Below are positions 1 through 12,675 of a stretch of 64,000 bases of DNA, one piece after another (position 1 is the first letter of the stretch; each line of letters begins with the position of its first letter). A model generated the notes under the pieces. The model was given only the letters and a program-made list of their open reading frames with translations. It had not been told where the DNA came from and did no database searches. The translations under genes and the position numbers were made by a program. Origin of the DNA: Eremomyces bilateralis CBS 781.70 (taxonomy: Eukaryota); assembly GCA_010015585.1 (NCBI GenBank), contig ML975163.1; one strand, 5' to 3'.

Positions 1-862
1 ACGACGTGTGCCACCTTCTATCCCTCAATTTCAGCCTCCTCCTCAACCCCAGGGTCAAACACTTGCTGAGGTCTTGCGACACACAAACACAGCTGGTACC
101 GTACCAGTTCCTACGTCTGCACCAGCTACGAATTCTATAACTACTTCTCCATCTATATCGATCCCTTCACCTACTCCTATATCTTCCCCTACTCCATCTC
201 ATTTGTCTTCACCTGTCTCTGTTACTGTGTCTGTTACTACGGCTTAATCCCCTCTATAGCCTGCTTGGCAACCTCCGTCGTTAGAAGAGTTCTTTGCTGA
301 CATCGAGCGTCGACGACTTCAGCCTGTTCTATATAACTGCAGTGACTTTGGCACAGTGATGGATTTTTTGGCAGAGACAGGGCAGGAAAACGACCCTACA
401 GAACTAGTTGAAGCACGGGATATGGCTCTCGCGACAAGAGGGGTGTTTGCTTCCTGCACTCCAACAATGGCGTGGAATTATCACTTTGGAGATATAGAAG
501 CTTTCTACGATGAAAGATTTGCACAAGTCAATGCTCAAAATGCTCTGCTTCAGTCTCAAGATGTACGTCGAGAGCGTCCTAAGCGTGCTGCTGCAGAGAC
601 GGCTTCAAATGCTTGGAAAGGACTCAGCCCGCGCAAGAGACAGCGACGTTAGTAGAATCTAAGTACTTTAATGCATGAATACGACGAGACATCGAAATAC
701 GCTTTAGATTCTTCTTAGTCAAGGCCTCAGAGCCCTCAAAAGCGCTTATAAAGATAACACGTAAAATATTTCCACGCTAGTAATAATATGACTAGCGTGG
801 TGGACAAATCTCAAATGGTGGACAAATCTCAAAAAGTGGTGGACAAATCTCACCAGCCTCTA
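1..862. mobile_element. Possible right end of a DNA transposon or other repeat (ORF remnants plus subterminal repeats)
   Basis: Short ORF remnants (8-247, 356-652) are followed by three 16-nt direct repeats ending in CACCAGCCTCTA. No transposase motif was recognised and the other end is outside the window. Confidence 0.3.
798..852 (+). repeat. Three direct copies of TGGTGGACAAATCTCA
   Basis: Identical 16-mers at 798-813, 816-831 and 837-852. Confidence 0.95.
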
Positions 863-1563
863 TCTTTCATACATCTTACATTACACACCCCTAGTGGTTA
901 CAGGTCACCTGCGTTGCGCAAAAACCGAGGATCTGCCGGTCGACCAGCCGTCGTAACTGGCGGTAGATCTGCCATCTCCAACGCCAATCAGAAACTCCCC
1001 TTACTCACTTGACATGGATCTGAGCCATGATGCCTCACTAACCTTGGTCAATGCCATTGTCTAGTTTTCGCTTCGACTTTGGAGCATGCCTATCCAGTTT
1101 TCAGTATTTCGTTTCTACCATAGAATGTAAGAAAAGATTGTGTAGTCCTAATAAGGCTTAGTCTGGGAGTAATGGGCAGCGATAGGATTGTTCATTGGCG
1201 TTGAAATCAACAGGGGCATCTTGGGACAAGTTGCCTGGGCCTCTTTCGTGAGGCTAGTATTCCGTACGCTCTACGATATTGGAACGCGATAAATGGCTAT
1301 TTGGGTTAAGGAGCCTGATTGGGCTCGGTCAGCATGGGGAGCGGAGCCCATTTAGACCAGAGGCCTGTTTGGGACGACGGCCAGATTGACCCGACCACAA
1401 GTTATAACTAGCCTTATATATACGGAATGCCCCGAGAAATGGCTATGCTTTTATTATTCTTCTACTCTTGTCTGGTGGCAAATCATAGTATTGCGCAAAG
1501 GGAATGGAGCTCGGTTGGTAAGAGGGTTTAACCCATCAGGTGAACTTGCTGGGTATGTTCACC

Positions 1564-4060
1564 TAGGTTGATCCCTCCTGCATCGACAAGTCCAGTAGCG
1601 CCGAGCTCACGGAGACTATCAACTCCATGTTTCGCTGGTACTGGGATGCAGCAAAATGCTACGTGTATCTCTCAGACGTTTCAACAGGAGAGCACACCCC
1701 GTCTCCTGAGCTCCTATGGGAACCAATGTTTAGGCAGAGTCGACGGTTCACCAGAGGCTGGACACTACAGGAGCTTCTTGCTCCGCGACAGTAGAGTTTT
1801 TCTCCCGAGACGGCAAGCGACTTGGTGACAAAGACTCGTTAGAACAGCAAATTCATACGATCACTGGGATTGCAATTGACGCACTTCGAGGGCATCTGTC
1901 TCAATTCAGCGACAATGAGCCAATGTCATGGGCAGAAAAGCGAGAGACCACGAGGGAAGAGGATCAAGCATATTGCCTTATGGGAAACTTTGACGTTTCC
2001 CTACCAGTCATCTATGGCGAGAGGAAAAGAAAAGCATTCGAGTGGCTTCGAGAAGCGATCGATAAGCGTTCAGGCGATACACGAGGTAGTCCAACCGCCA
2101 AATTTTTAGTTAGCCGGCTAATCTGCGAAGTGGAATGGTACGACCAGGAACGGGACTGTATGCAAGCCCTGCGTACTTTGACTTCCGACTACGAGCAGTT
2201 CAAAGATAGGAACTCTAGCCGACTTAGAGATACCTGCCAGTGGGTTCTCCATCATGACAATTTCCGACACTGAAAGGACAGCAGCTCCTCGGGTCTTCTT
2301 TGGATATCTGCGGATCCTGGATGCGGAAAATCCGTTCTCTCTAAATCTCTTGTCGACGAAGACTTGAAAAACACGGACGCTCGCACAACTTGCTACTTCT
2401 TCTTCAAAGATGACGATGACGTACAGAAAAGTGCAGTTACAGCGCTTGCGGCACTACTTTACCAGCTCTTTCGGCGGAAACCAACGCTTATCAAACACGC
2501 TATGTCGGATTTCGCTGCTAACGGACATCAACTTTCTCAATCATTTCCTACACTCTGGAGTATTCTAATAAAGACGGTGGCTGATCGGAATGCCGGTGAA
2601 GTCTTTTGCGTCTTAGATGCCCTCGATGAATGCGCAAAAGCAGGGCAGCATCAGATTATTAATGCTCTCAGTTCATTCTACCAGCAAGCAAGCTCCGGAA
2701 ATAATACATCTCGACTCAAAATATGTATCACTAGTCGTCCTTACTTAGACATCGAACGGCGCTTCACCGATCTTATTTCTAACTTTCCCACGATTCGGCT
2801 ACACGGCGAGCAAGAATCAGATGAAATCAGTCGTGAGATCGACCGAGTTATCAAATGGAGAGTATCTCAACTCGGATCTGAGCTCAAACTCAATAATTCA
2901 GAACAGTCAAATCTCGAAACAGGACTGTCAAAGATAAGCCACCGAACATACCTCTGGTTGACACTTATTTTCGATATCATTCGCAAAATGATTCCACCGA
3001 CAAGTCGGAAACTGAAGGTAGCCATAAGTGACCTTCCGTCTACAGTTGATGAAGCATACGAAGCGACTCTTACAAAAATCGAGGAGGAGGATCGACCACA
3101 AGCACGGAAATTACTCTCTATCGTTGTTAGAGCAACGAGGCCTCCCACACTGAGGGAAATAAACATCGCTCTAGCTATAGAAGACCATCATCGCTCCTAC
3201 GACGACCTTAAACCGGACCTTGACGATGAATCGAGATTTGAAGCGTCGGTAAGACACCTCTGCGGGTTCTCTGTGACTGTAGTGGATCGAAAGGTCTCTC
3301 TGATCCACCAGACCGCAAAGAATTCCTTCTCGCGAAGAGTGAGGGAACTGGATGGAAACATTCTCTTGTTCTAACGGATTCTGATACCCTTATGGCCAGA
3401 GTATGCCTTACATATCTTTCATTCACTGAATTTGATAGAGAGGCAGATCAGATCCCTGCAGCAGTCAAAGACGGCTACTTAGATTATGCTGCAGGTTCTT
3501 GGGCTGCTCACTACCGAAAAGCACAGCATAGTGCAACCGAGCAAATGTTACACTTTGTTTTCAGAGTCTGCGATAACCGATCCCAGAGGTTCAAGACATG
3601 GTTCGATGTGTACTGGCAAATGGCTTACCAGTGGCACTCCAATCCACAGTTCACTAGAATTCTGATGGTAGAGTCATATTTTGGGCACGAGGGTATCGTC
3701 AAGCTGCTGTTCGAGGCTAAGGCCGACGCCGACTCGAAGGACGACGACGGTCGGACACCGCTACCGTGGGCGGCCGAGAATGGGCGATACGAGGGTGTCG
3801 TCAAGCTGCTGCTCGAGGCCAAGGCCGACGCCGAGTCGAAGGATAACGACAGTCGGACGCCGCTGTCGTGGGCGGCCGCGAACGGGCACAAGGGTGTCGT
3901 CAAGCTACTGCTCGAGGCTAAGGCCGACGTCGACTCGAAAGATAACTACAGCGGGACGCCGCTACCATGGGCGGCCGCGAATTGGTACGAGGGTGTTGTC
4001 AAGCTGCTAGAGTCCTTCAGCGCTATATCATTTTCAGCCTCCTCCCCACTCACTACCTAA
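1564..4060 (+). pseudogene. Fungal NLR pseudogene, HET-NACHT-ankyrin architecture
   Basis: HET motifs (*VDPSCIDKSSSAELTETINSMFRWY, FTRGWTLQELLAP, REEDQAYCLMG), P-loop LLWISADPGCGKS, Walker B CVLDALDEC, ITSRP, LIHQTAK and TPLSWAA ankyrin repeats. Lesions: HET N-terminus missing, TAG at 1564, frameshift near 1785, TGA at 2271-2273, frameshift near 3319. Confidence 0.9.
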
Positions 4061-5032
4061 AGTCATCCACGCTCTTATATATTCTGTATAATTTTGACAA
4101 GAACTTCTATTGCTTTGAAGTCAACCTGCTGTAAATTCCATGCGGTTCTCAGGTTAGTAATAATCGTCGGTTTGATGTGCTATGTGATATACTCACTTGA
4201 CAGTCAAATGCCTTCTGTTGCTACCATACTCTCCGCATTTAATAGCGTTCTTTTGATGTTAGCTTTAGCTCAATCCCTGTTTATCTGTATGATCATTTAG
4301 GTAAGGCGTATGGAAGGCATCTGTTCGCTGAGAAGAATCCAAATGCAAAACCGGAAACCGAATCTCCTCGCGACTGCAAGAGCAGTTCTGTTGTCACACA
4401 AGAGGTTCTTTCTTCTTGTCAACAAACCATCATGGGTTCCCTCTGTCCTAGTCCAATATCAATACCTTCTAGACCTTCAATCACATCTAGTCATCCACAA
4501 TCTTGGGAATTGAATGTTCCTCTCATCCTTGTCATTGGATACCATGATGTCCGAGGGATACTACGCAGCAAGTAGCTCGACGTGATGTCGAATGCATACC
4601 TTTAGGTGCTGTCGAAGCACGAAACTTGAGTCGAGACGAGAGCCATTCCGGGCCATTCCCGACCATGGCACGTGATATATGCTGTTGGATGACAGTCATG
4701 TGATTCCATCCAGCTTTATCAATTCCCATAGCTTGGCAGCGGCTTTCACCAAATTTTCGGCCAATCCCGGCCAGTGCCCGCCACATTTGTCAGACACCAA
4801 GAGGAGACATGGATATCATCAGACTTCGAATTTCCGCGGGACCGAGAATGACACCACTTCCACCATCCTACAAGAAAACCCCTTCCGACTCCGTCTCAAC
4901 ATCTCCTGTTCACATTGGTGTCCTGTGGTACCTCCATTCTCTCTCTATCCGACTTTCCCTTTGACATCCCCTCCTGAATAAGATACTAGAACTACTCGAA
5001 CTACTAGAAGTCACGATCCTCCCTCCGCCACT

Positions 5033-6088
5033 ATGGCCCCCCACTTCGTCCTCGAGGACTCCTCCATCGACTTCTCCACCCCCTCCCACCCCCATACCAC
5101 ATCCCGCACCCTCCTCCTCGCTCCCCCTTCCCTCTCCTCCCACCCCGATGCCCTCGCCCACCTCTTCGCCCAACACCCCCGCTCCACCTCCGACCTCCAG
5201 ATGCTCGACCGCCTCGTCGCCGGCCTCGTCGCCCTCCCCACCGAAACCTACGACCTCGTCCTTCTCGTCGCTAGCCCCGAGTCGTCTGTTCCTGATACGC
5301 CGCTCACACGCGACGTCATGGCGCGGGTGCTTGCGGCGTTGAAGCCGGGGGGACGGTTTAAGTCGCAGAGCGGGCGGCTGGGGGAGGTAGAGAGGCGAGA
5401 GGGGATCTTGGGGGGGTTGGCGGTGGAGGGGGAGGAGCTGGTGAAGCCGACGGCGGTGGATAGTGGTGCGGTGCCGTTGCGGTTCGGGAGGCGGAAGCCG
5501 GTCGAGACGGTTGCGATTAATGGAAAGCGGAAGACGGAGGACGCGGGACCTGTGCAGACTACGGCCAATGGCGTTGGTTTCGTGGATTTTGATAACAACG
5601 ACGAGTTGATTATTACTGGGGAGGATGATGATATTATCGACGAGGATGAGTTCATTACGGAGGAAGATATGACGCGGCCCGTGATCGAACGTAAGTTTGC
5701 CTGACACTCCTCCCCTCCCGTCCCGTCCCTCCCTACTCCAAACAAACCCCACTCCCATCCCCCGCTAACCCCCCTTCCAGCCCCCGAATGCCGCCCCAAG
5801 CCCGGCAAGAAGCGCCGCGCCTGCAAAGACTGCAGCTGCGGCCTCGCACAGCAGATCGCCGCCGAAGACGCAGCGACGCGTAGCGAGGCGGACGCGAAGC
5901 TACAGACGTTCCAGCTAGGAGCGGACGACCTCGCGGAGGTGGACTTCACGGTGCAGGGGAAGGTGGGGAGCTGCGGTAACTGCGCGCTGGGGGACGCGTT
6001 TCGGTGCGATGGGTGTCCGTATGTGGGGTTGCCGCCGTTTAAGCCGGGAGAGGAGGTGCGGTTGGTGAATGATGAGGTGCAATTGTAG
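5033..6088 (+). CDS. DRE2: Fe-S cluster assembly protein Dre2 (anamorsin)
   Basis: Exons 5033-5690 and 5781-6088 (GTAAGT..CTAAC..CAG intron). C-terminal motifs [23 protein letters not shown] and [29 protein letters not shown]. Confidence 0.95.
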
Positions 6089-6305
6089 GGGGGTGGGTTG
6101 GATGGGGGGCGTTTTGGGGGTGGGTTATGATGGATGAGGGAACTGGGGGGAATAGAAATGCATACATCGCATGCCCAAGCGGAGCGTAGATAGCGACGAT
6201 GCTGTTGTTCTAGCGGATAAGTACTCCCTCCCATAGCCAATGATGACTTATAGTATATAATTTCCGCTTGACCGTTCTCTCCTGTCCTCATTTCCTTCGC
6301 TACTC

Positions 6306-6941
6306 TCATCCCTCCATATCCAGCAACCGCACATCCATCCCCGCCTCCCCCACCACCTCCCTCACCCGTCCCCTCCACCGCTCCAACACTGGATGCCCTT
6401 TCACCAACCTTCCCCCGTACACCTCCACACTCAGCCCCCTTACCTCCACCTCCCTTCGAAACTCCCCCATTACCTCCTCCCGAAATAACTCCTCCACTGT
6501 CAACTCCCCCCTCGCCTCCTCCAACAACCTCGCCACCTTCCCCGACAACCCTCCACGAACACCACCCTGACCTTCCCCCTCAGCTCTCCCCACCGCCACT
6601 AATATAGCCCCTAACGCCCCTACCACCCATCCCGCTTCTCGTCCTACCGCACCGCCCACTTCATACCCCCGGTCAAACCCCATCTGCATGCTCCCCTCCT
6701 TCGCGGTGCTGATCCCCTCGCGGTAGCCGGCGGCGACGTGCGTTTGGCGGAGGCGGGGCTGGTCGTCTGGTTCATGGCGGGGTGGGGGGATGGCAGGGTC
6801 ATGTGCGGCGTGGGGGTCGTGGGAGGTGGGGTGAGAGGATTCGAAGACGTCGTCGAGGAGGTTTTCGGGGGGGGAGGTGAAGGGAGGGGGAACGGGGAGG
6901 GAGAGGGGGGATGCCGGGGGGGATGGGTGGTTGGCGCACAT
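6306..6941 (-). CDS. YAE1: Yae1 family GX3-repeat protein
   Basis: Motif RLRQTHVAAGYREGISTAKEGSMQMGFDRGYEVGGAVG, with periodic glycines. Confidence 0.85.
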   Translation of the reverse strand: MCANHPSPPASPLSLPVPPPFTSPPENLLDDVFESSHPTSHDPHAAHDPAIPPPRHEPDDQPRLRQTHVAAGYREGISTAKEGSMQMGFDRGYEVGGAVGREAGWVVGALGAILVAVGRAEGEGQGGVRGGLSGKVARLLEEARGELTVEELFREEVMGEFRREVEVRGLSVEVYGGRLVKGHPVLERWRGRVREVVGEAGMDVRLLDMEG

Positions 6942-7550
6942 TGTTGGATCGTCGCGGTGATGGTGGTGGTGGTGGTGGTGAGAGATTTTGGGGATCGGGT
7001 GGACGATGGGGATGGGGATGGGGAGTTAAGAGGGAACGCCAGTAAGTTTTGGTATTATTAGAGAATTTAAGTAGGGTATGGATTTATTGAAATGGTTTCT
7101 GGATTTGTGGTTGGGGGTATAGATGGCAATAAATTTTTATTACGGTTCGCTCCGGCAGCTGAATTTACAGGAAATATTTACGGGACATCACAACGACTCG
7201 CGAACATTCATCATGAGGATTTGAAGTCTACAGAACGGAAATTGGTATCTCAGATGAGCATATTGGATTTTTTTGGCTATTCAGCATTGGCTACCCATAA
7301 CGTCCTGAAGCACTCATGAGAAGGTCATAACCACGCTTTCTCGCAGAAATCTCCGTCGAGGATGCATGAGTGAGATAATTTCTGTCCGACCCGGTTATCT
7401 AATGGACATTTCCCTTTTTTGACCCCCCGCTTCTCTCCATTCCATTCCACTGCCCTAAAGCTCCACCTCGTCCACGCAACGATGAACGTCGGCAGAAGAT
7501 CCGGCGATGCTGATCCAGGGCGTGTCGTAAACGCTGGGATGGCGAGTCGC

Positions 7551-8406
7551 TTACTCCTCCTCATCCTCGTCCTCGCCCTCATCACCCTTCGCGGCGGCGG
7601 CCTTGGCCTTCTTCCTTCGGACGCGGCCGGGACGACCGGCGCCGAACGGCGAGGTGAGGGCGAAGTCGATGTGTTTCTGGGAGTCGAGACGGACGATGAA
7701 AGAGGGGACGTTGACGATCTGCTTGCCGACACTGTGGGATCTGTTAGCATCTGCTTGCGCTTCCTGCGAGGAGGCAGGGATATTGAGGGGTGGAGGGGAG
7801 GCCATACCGGATGTGTCGCTGCTTGATCAACACACGAGCGTGGTGGATCGACTTGGCGAGACCGAGCTTGTAGACGCAGGTCTGGAGACGACGCTCCAGG
7901 AAGTCCTCGACCTTGAGGGCGAGCACGTAATCGAGCTTCATGCGGGACTCGTCGAGGACACCGACACGCACGAGACGGCGAATGAGGGCGTTACCTTCGA
8001 AGAGGCGCTTGGGGTCTTTGTCGTCGAGGGTGAGAAGCTCACTGCAGGGCGACGAGTTAGCGAAACGCCATCACCAAGAATCGCAACCTGGAATTACGGT
8101 GCGATATCAAGCAACCAGTGATAGATGGACCACGACTTACCGAGCAGCACGTCGAATCTTCGACAGCGTCAATTGCACGCGCCACACCTCACGCTTGTTG
8201 CGCAGGCCATATTCGCCGACGATCTTCAACTCGGCATCCCTAAAAGTAAGACCCAAATGTCAATCCAACAAATTCATCAACGACATGACGGGAGACCAGC
8301 TCCGCGCTCAGTGGCCGCAGTGACGCTCCGGGAGAACGTACAGTCGTGCCGACTCGAACGGTCGTCGAGGGACCTTATAGGTCTTGGAGTAGCTCCTGGT
8401 AACCAT
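7551..8406 (-). CDS. RPS9: 40S ribosomal protein S9 (uS4)
   Basis: Exons 8406-8342, 8239-8141, 8041-7809 and 7731-7551. Spliced protein [27 protein letters not shown]...LERRLQT...[11 protein letters not shown]. Confidence 0.97.
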
Positions 8407-8804
8407 GGTGGAAGTGTGTGCGGGTTGGGATGGGCTACACGGAAGGTGATGGGGAGGAAGGAGTGAGAAGGAGAGGGAGAGAGAGAGTCCGAAGGAGGAG
8501 AGAAGAAAGTGGGTGTGAGGCTTTTGGGATGATTGTGTGGTGTGGTGTGTGTGGTGTGTGCGTTAAGGTACCTGGTTTGTGTGGATGGTGCAGCTTTGGT
8601 GTGCGAGGCGCTCGCTTCTCGGCAAAAGAGATTTTCCGGGTTGACACACAGCGTTCCTTCCGTCTCCTCCACACAATTCGCTGCGACCTCACCATTTCGA
8701 CTCTCTCCGTTGTTTGACCCTCCACACATCTTCAATTTGTACGTGACCCAACCGAATCGATTTCACTCCATCACTAATATTCCAGCCAGCTTTCCACCGT
8801 CAAA

Positions 8805-9396
8805 ATGGGTCACTCACACGGTCTGCGATCGGGTACCCGATATGCCTTCGCCAAAGGGTTCAAGAAGAACGGCACCATCCCGCTGAACACCTACCTCCGA
8901 ACCTACAGGTACGATGGACCCGTCAACGAGCGACCGATCGCACAACTAACACCATCACAGGGTCGGTGATATCGTCGATGTTGTCGTCAACGGTGCAGTC
9001 CAGAAGGGGTAGGCCACTCACGAACGCTCCGTCGCGAGACCCCCAATTTTTCTAACCGTCCACAGCATGCCCTTCAAGGTCTACCACGGAAAGACCGGCG
9101 TCGTCTACAACGTCACCAAGTCCGCCGTGGGCGTCATCCTCTACAAGCAGGTCGGCAACCGCTACATGGAGAAGCGCATCAACGTCCGCATCGAGCACGT
9201 CAAGCACTCCCGCTCGCGCGACGAGTTCCTCAACCGCGTCAAGTCCAACGCCGAGGCCAAGCGCCAGGCCAAGGCCGAGGGGAAGTCCATCCTGCTGAAG
9301 AGGCAGCCGGCCATGCCGCGGGACGCCCGGAAGGTCAGCACCGAGAACAACCGGCCCGAGACGATCACGCCGGTCGCGTACGAGACGACGATTTAA
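8805..9396 (+). CDS. RPL21: 60S ribosomal protein L21 (eL21)
   Basis: Exons 8805-8908, 8961-9008 and 9066-9396. [15 protein letters not shown]...[15 protein letters not shown]...PVAYETTI. Confidence 0.97.
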
Positions 9397-10028
9397 GGGG
9401 AAGGGCGGGGACCGGGGGGCGGTGGTAGGATGCGGATGCGGATGGATGGCGATGGTTAACCTCATCGGAAGATGGAGTTTTATATGCATTTGCAGCGGGT
9501 CTGGGTTCTCGATTCCAGATTTCAATCATGGGTACCTTAGGCTTTTCGGAACGAATAAAAGCACTTACGCCTACTTCTTGCTGCCAGCTTGTACTGTGAC
9601 GGTAACGTTGCAATCAGAGGGTGATTGTGGTCAAGCCTTTGCATTAGAGGTATCATCCCTTGAAACCATCTTCACATTGAAAATTATTACCATGATCTCT
9701 CGCCATGGGACTCCCATCAGTCAAGGCGGACAGTAGTGGTCAAGATTGAGAATTGGCGAATGAGGCGATAAATGAATGAGTATCAATGGAAGCGGGCCCA
9801 TATGCAGGGTGCGCGCCTTATCTCGGCGACAGTGTTGTCCCCTCCCCCATGAATGTAAATGAAAAAACATCAAGCAAATCCCACCACGCTCAAAGCCAAT
9901 CAGGTATCCAGGAGAACGAGAATCCTCCAATTTTAACCCTAAAAACTCCCAGCCGTGACCCGTCAAAGCATAAGATCGTTGCCACCAAGTACCGCGTGAT
10001 TTCAAAGAAGCGACCAGCGTTATCTAGC

Positions 10029-10705
10029 CTAGAGGAAGGTGCAACCCTTTCTCTTCGTTTTTGTCAGCTTGACGGACATGGCAACTCTCGCTGCCTCCGT
10101 GAAGGCTTCGTTCACACCACGGTTCTTCATGGCCGAGCATTCTACCGCAAAGTTAGCGAGATCCCTCATAGTACACCTGGCGACGAATCGAATGGACGAT
10201 GCCACTTACCAAGATACCGCAGCGCACGAATCCTCTCCGCAACCTCCAGACCCTGCTGGTACTCAATCAACGGTTTCTTCGGCTCATTCTCCTCTTCCTC
10301 CTCGCCCTCCCCCTCACGCAAGTCGCACTTCAGCGCGACCAACACCAACTTCACCCCCGGACAATTCTCCGCGATCTCCGCCACCCACTTCGATTCCACA
10401 TTCTCCAACGAATCCGGCGAATCCACCGAGAAGCACAGCATGATGCAGTGCGTGTCGTCGTAGCTCAGGCTACGCAGCCGGTCGAACTCCTCCTGGCCTG
10501 CCGTGTCCCACAGCGACAGTTCGACGTGCGTGTTGTCGATGAAGATGTCGTGCACGTAGTTCTCGAACACTGTCGGCTCATACACGGTTGGGAAGTAGCC
10601 GCGCGTAAAGACATTGAGGAGGGAGGTTTTGCCGCATGCGCCGTCGCCGAGGAGGACGAGCTTGCGTTGGACGGTCTTGGAGCCGCCGAGGCCGCAGAGC
10701 GCCAT
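10029..10705 (-). CDS. RHO3: Rho3-type small GTPase
   Basis: Exons 10705-10210 and 10141-10029. GDGACGKTS, YEPTVFENY, WDTAGQEEFDRLRSLSY, N-terminal MALCG and C-terminal CaaX CTFL*. Confidence 0.93.
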
Positions 10706-12675
10706 AGTGATGCGTGAGAATAGCTAGAATTGGGGGGGAAATATGGTCGGGGATGGATGATGCGATTATGGGTTGCCGGATAGCGATATGAAGATAGCGT
10801 TGAGTCGTAGAGCTGACAGCTGGTGTCGTTGGTCGTCGATTCGCAAAGGATGAGTCTAGCACAAGCGTTGCCCGTGAATGCGGGCCCCACGCAAACGCTA
10901 CAGAAGAACCCGTGGTTCTGCGAATCGCGATTCACCAACCGTATGCGCCGGTAAGATTATCGCGTCGAATTCAACCTCGTCAGATCTCGGGCGTCCGGGA
11001 TTCGGCCAACAGTCTTCGAAAGCCCGCGCAGGCGATAGTCAGGTCGCGATTTTCGGCGATGGAGGAAGGACTCCGGATTGATGAACAGGTGATTATCCAA
11101 GCACCACGAAGGGAATTCTTCGGAAGCGACAGAGGTAGAATTACGGTGGAAAGGATGTTCGCAGATGATGGATGGGTGGTTGCTATGGGAAAGTCGATGA
11201 TGTTGAGGTTCCTTCAGCCCCTTGGCGATGATGGGCCGGGGGGATATCGGTATTTGGTACTCTAGCGATTCACGTACCTTATCGGAACTGATTAGCTCAG
11301 CATTTGGCGGTTCAGGCGTTCAGCATCCTCGAGACCTCGACTGCTCCGTGTCTTCCGCTTCCTTTTCCATTCCAGTCACCAACGGATCTGAATCAATCAT
11401 TGTAGTGGTTCCGACAGAGCCACATATATCTAACTATGGGACATCTCAAGCTTTCCCTGCCAAGTCAGAGGGAGGTTCCGAGCCGCAGAGATCGCCCAAC
11501 CATGTGGTAGCTTGACGAGACAGAAGGATCATCCATAATGACGTCTCCATCGCGAACACTCCCATTCTCACCTAAGAGGGGTCAGAGATCCACTGCAATC
11601 CAGAACTCGTGGAGTTTATACATTAACTAGCGCAGATTTAATACGTTAAGCATTGCAGACCTTGTAGAAGACCAACCCCAGAAACACCTGCTTTCCTTCC
11701 TCCAACCGTCGCGGTCTCAAGTCAGCTCAAGCTCACTTCTGACTGCATATGCCATGTCGAGAAATCCCAACAAACCGGCAAGGGTCACTGCTGCTGCATG
11801 TTGGTCCGTCCATGACTGCGGGGACATTCTATATGGTGAGCCATCAGCATTCACACCTAATTACATGAACCAAATGTCACCCCGATTCCAACTTTATTTT
11901 CAGTAACCATTGCGTTGGCATGGACCTGTCCACAAACTCGCAACGGCATCCCGCCGTCAGATTTTTACCTTCCATCTCCTCACTCCTTCCAGGCACCGTC
12001 ACCCTTGTCTCTCGACGCTCATGGCAAGATGGGCAGCTACGCGATCAGGGCAAAGAGGAATGGCTTTCAGAAAGGCAAATATCATGAAGAAGACTCTGTT
12101 CGAGAGCCGAACAAATGGACCGAGTTATCAGTAAAGCTCATGACGCAATCATTTGACTGCTATCTGGTGTGAGTACACCCGACGCCATAACTGCATGGTT
12201 TCTAACACTGTAGTCAGCTAGCTTCACTACGATTGAGACGAGTCGTCTCATCCAGCTGATACACAGCCAAGTATTATCGAGGTTAAAGAGATAGTTCGAT
12301 ACTAAATATCTTCTGCGAAGGGATGATCACGAACAATGGGAGGCCGATAAAACAGTCGGTCGTAGACTGCCGGGGAAACTATTCAGTGGATTTATAGGAT
12401 TCATCCCTCGGTTCCCGAGTATACGATGATGTCATGAGAAGGTGGAATTGAATGCCCATTCTAAAGCCAGAAAGGCCTGTATGCTACTAGTACATGATGG
12501 ACCCTTGGGGCCGACGTGACAAGGCTCACCCTCTGTCAACGAGATTCTCCCCGATGTTATTCATTCACATGAACTGTGTGAAGATGAAGAAGATGGTCCT
12601 ATCTAGGTGTGGCAGGAAGCAATCAATCAATCATGGTAGGTGGGTGGAGACTTGCAAACATTACTTTATAGCAAA

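Noticed and set aside
798..852. CRISPR-like repeat array
   Set aside because: Eukaryotic context, spacers of only 2-5 nt and no cas genes.
1564..2273. Stop codons at Trp positions rescued by A-to-I editing or readthrough
   Set aside because: Accompanying frameshifts and 5' truncation indicate a true pseudogene.
4910..6378. Long antisense ORFs over DRE2 (likewise over KEX1, MES1 and UBX)
   Set aside because: Shadows of GC-rich codon usage in the real genes on the opposite strand.
9933..9942. TAACCCTAA as a telomerase RNA template or telomere seed
   Set aside because: Single short match in a 3' intergenic region with no supporting structure.
11900..12460. Possible gene relic with an intron-like GTGAGT..CTAAC..TAG
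   Set aside because: No recognisable protein similarity and multiple stops; I cannot support a call.
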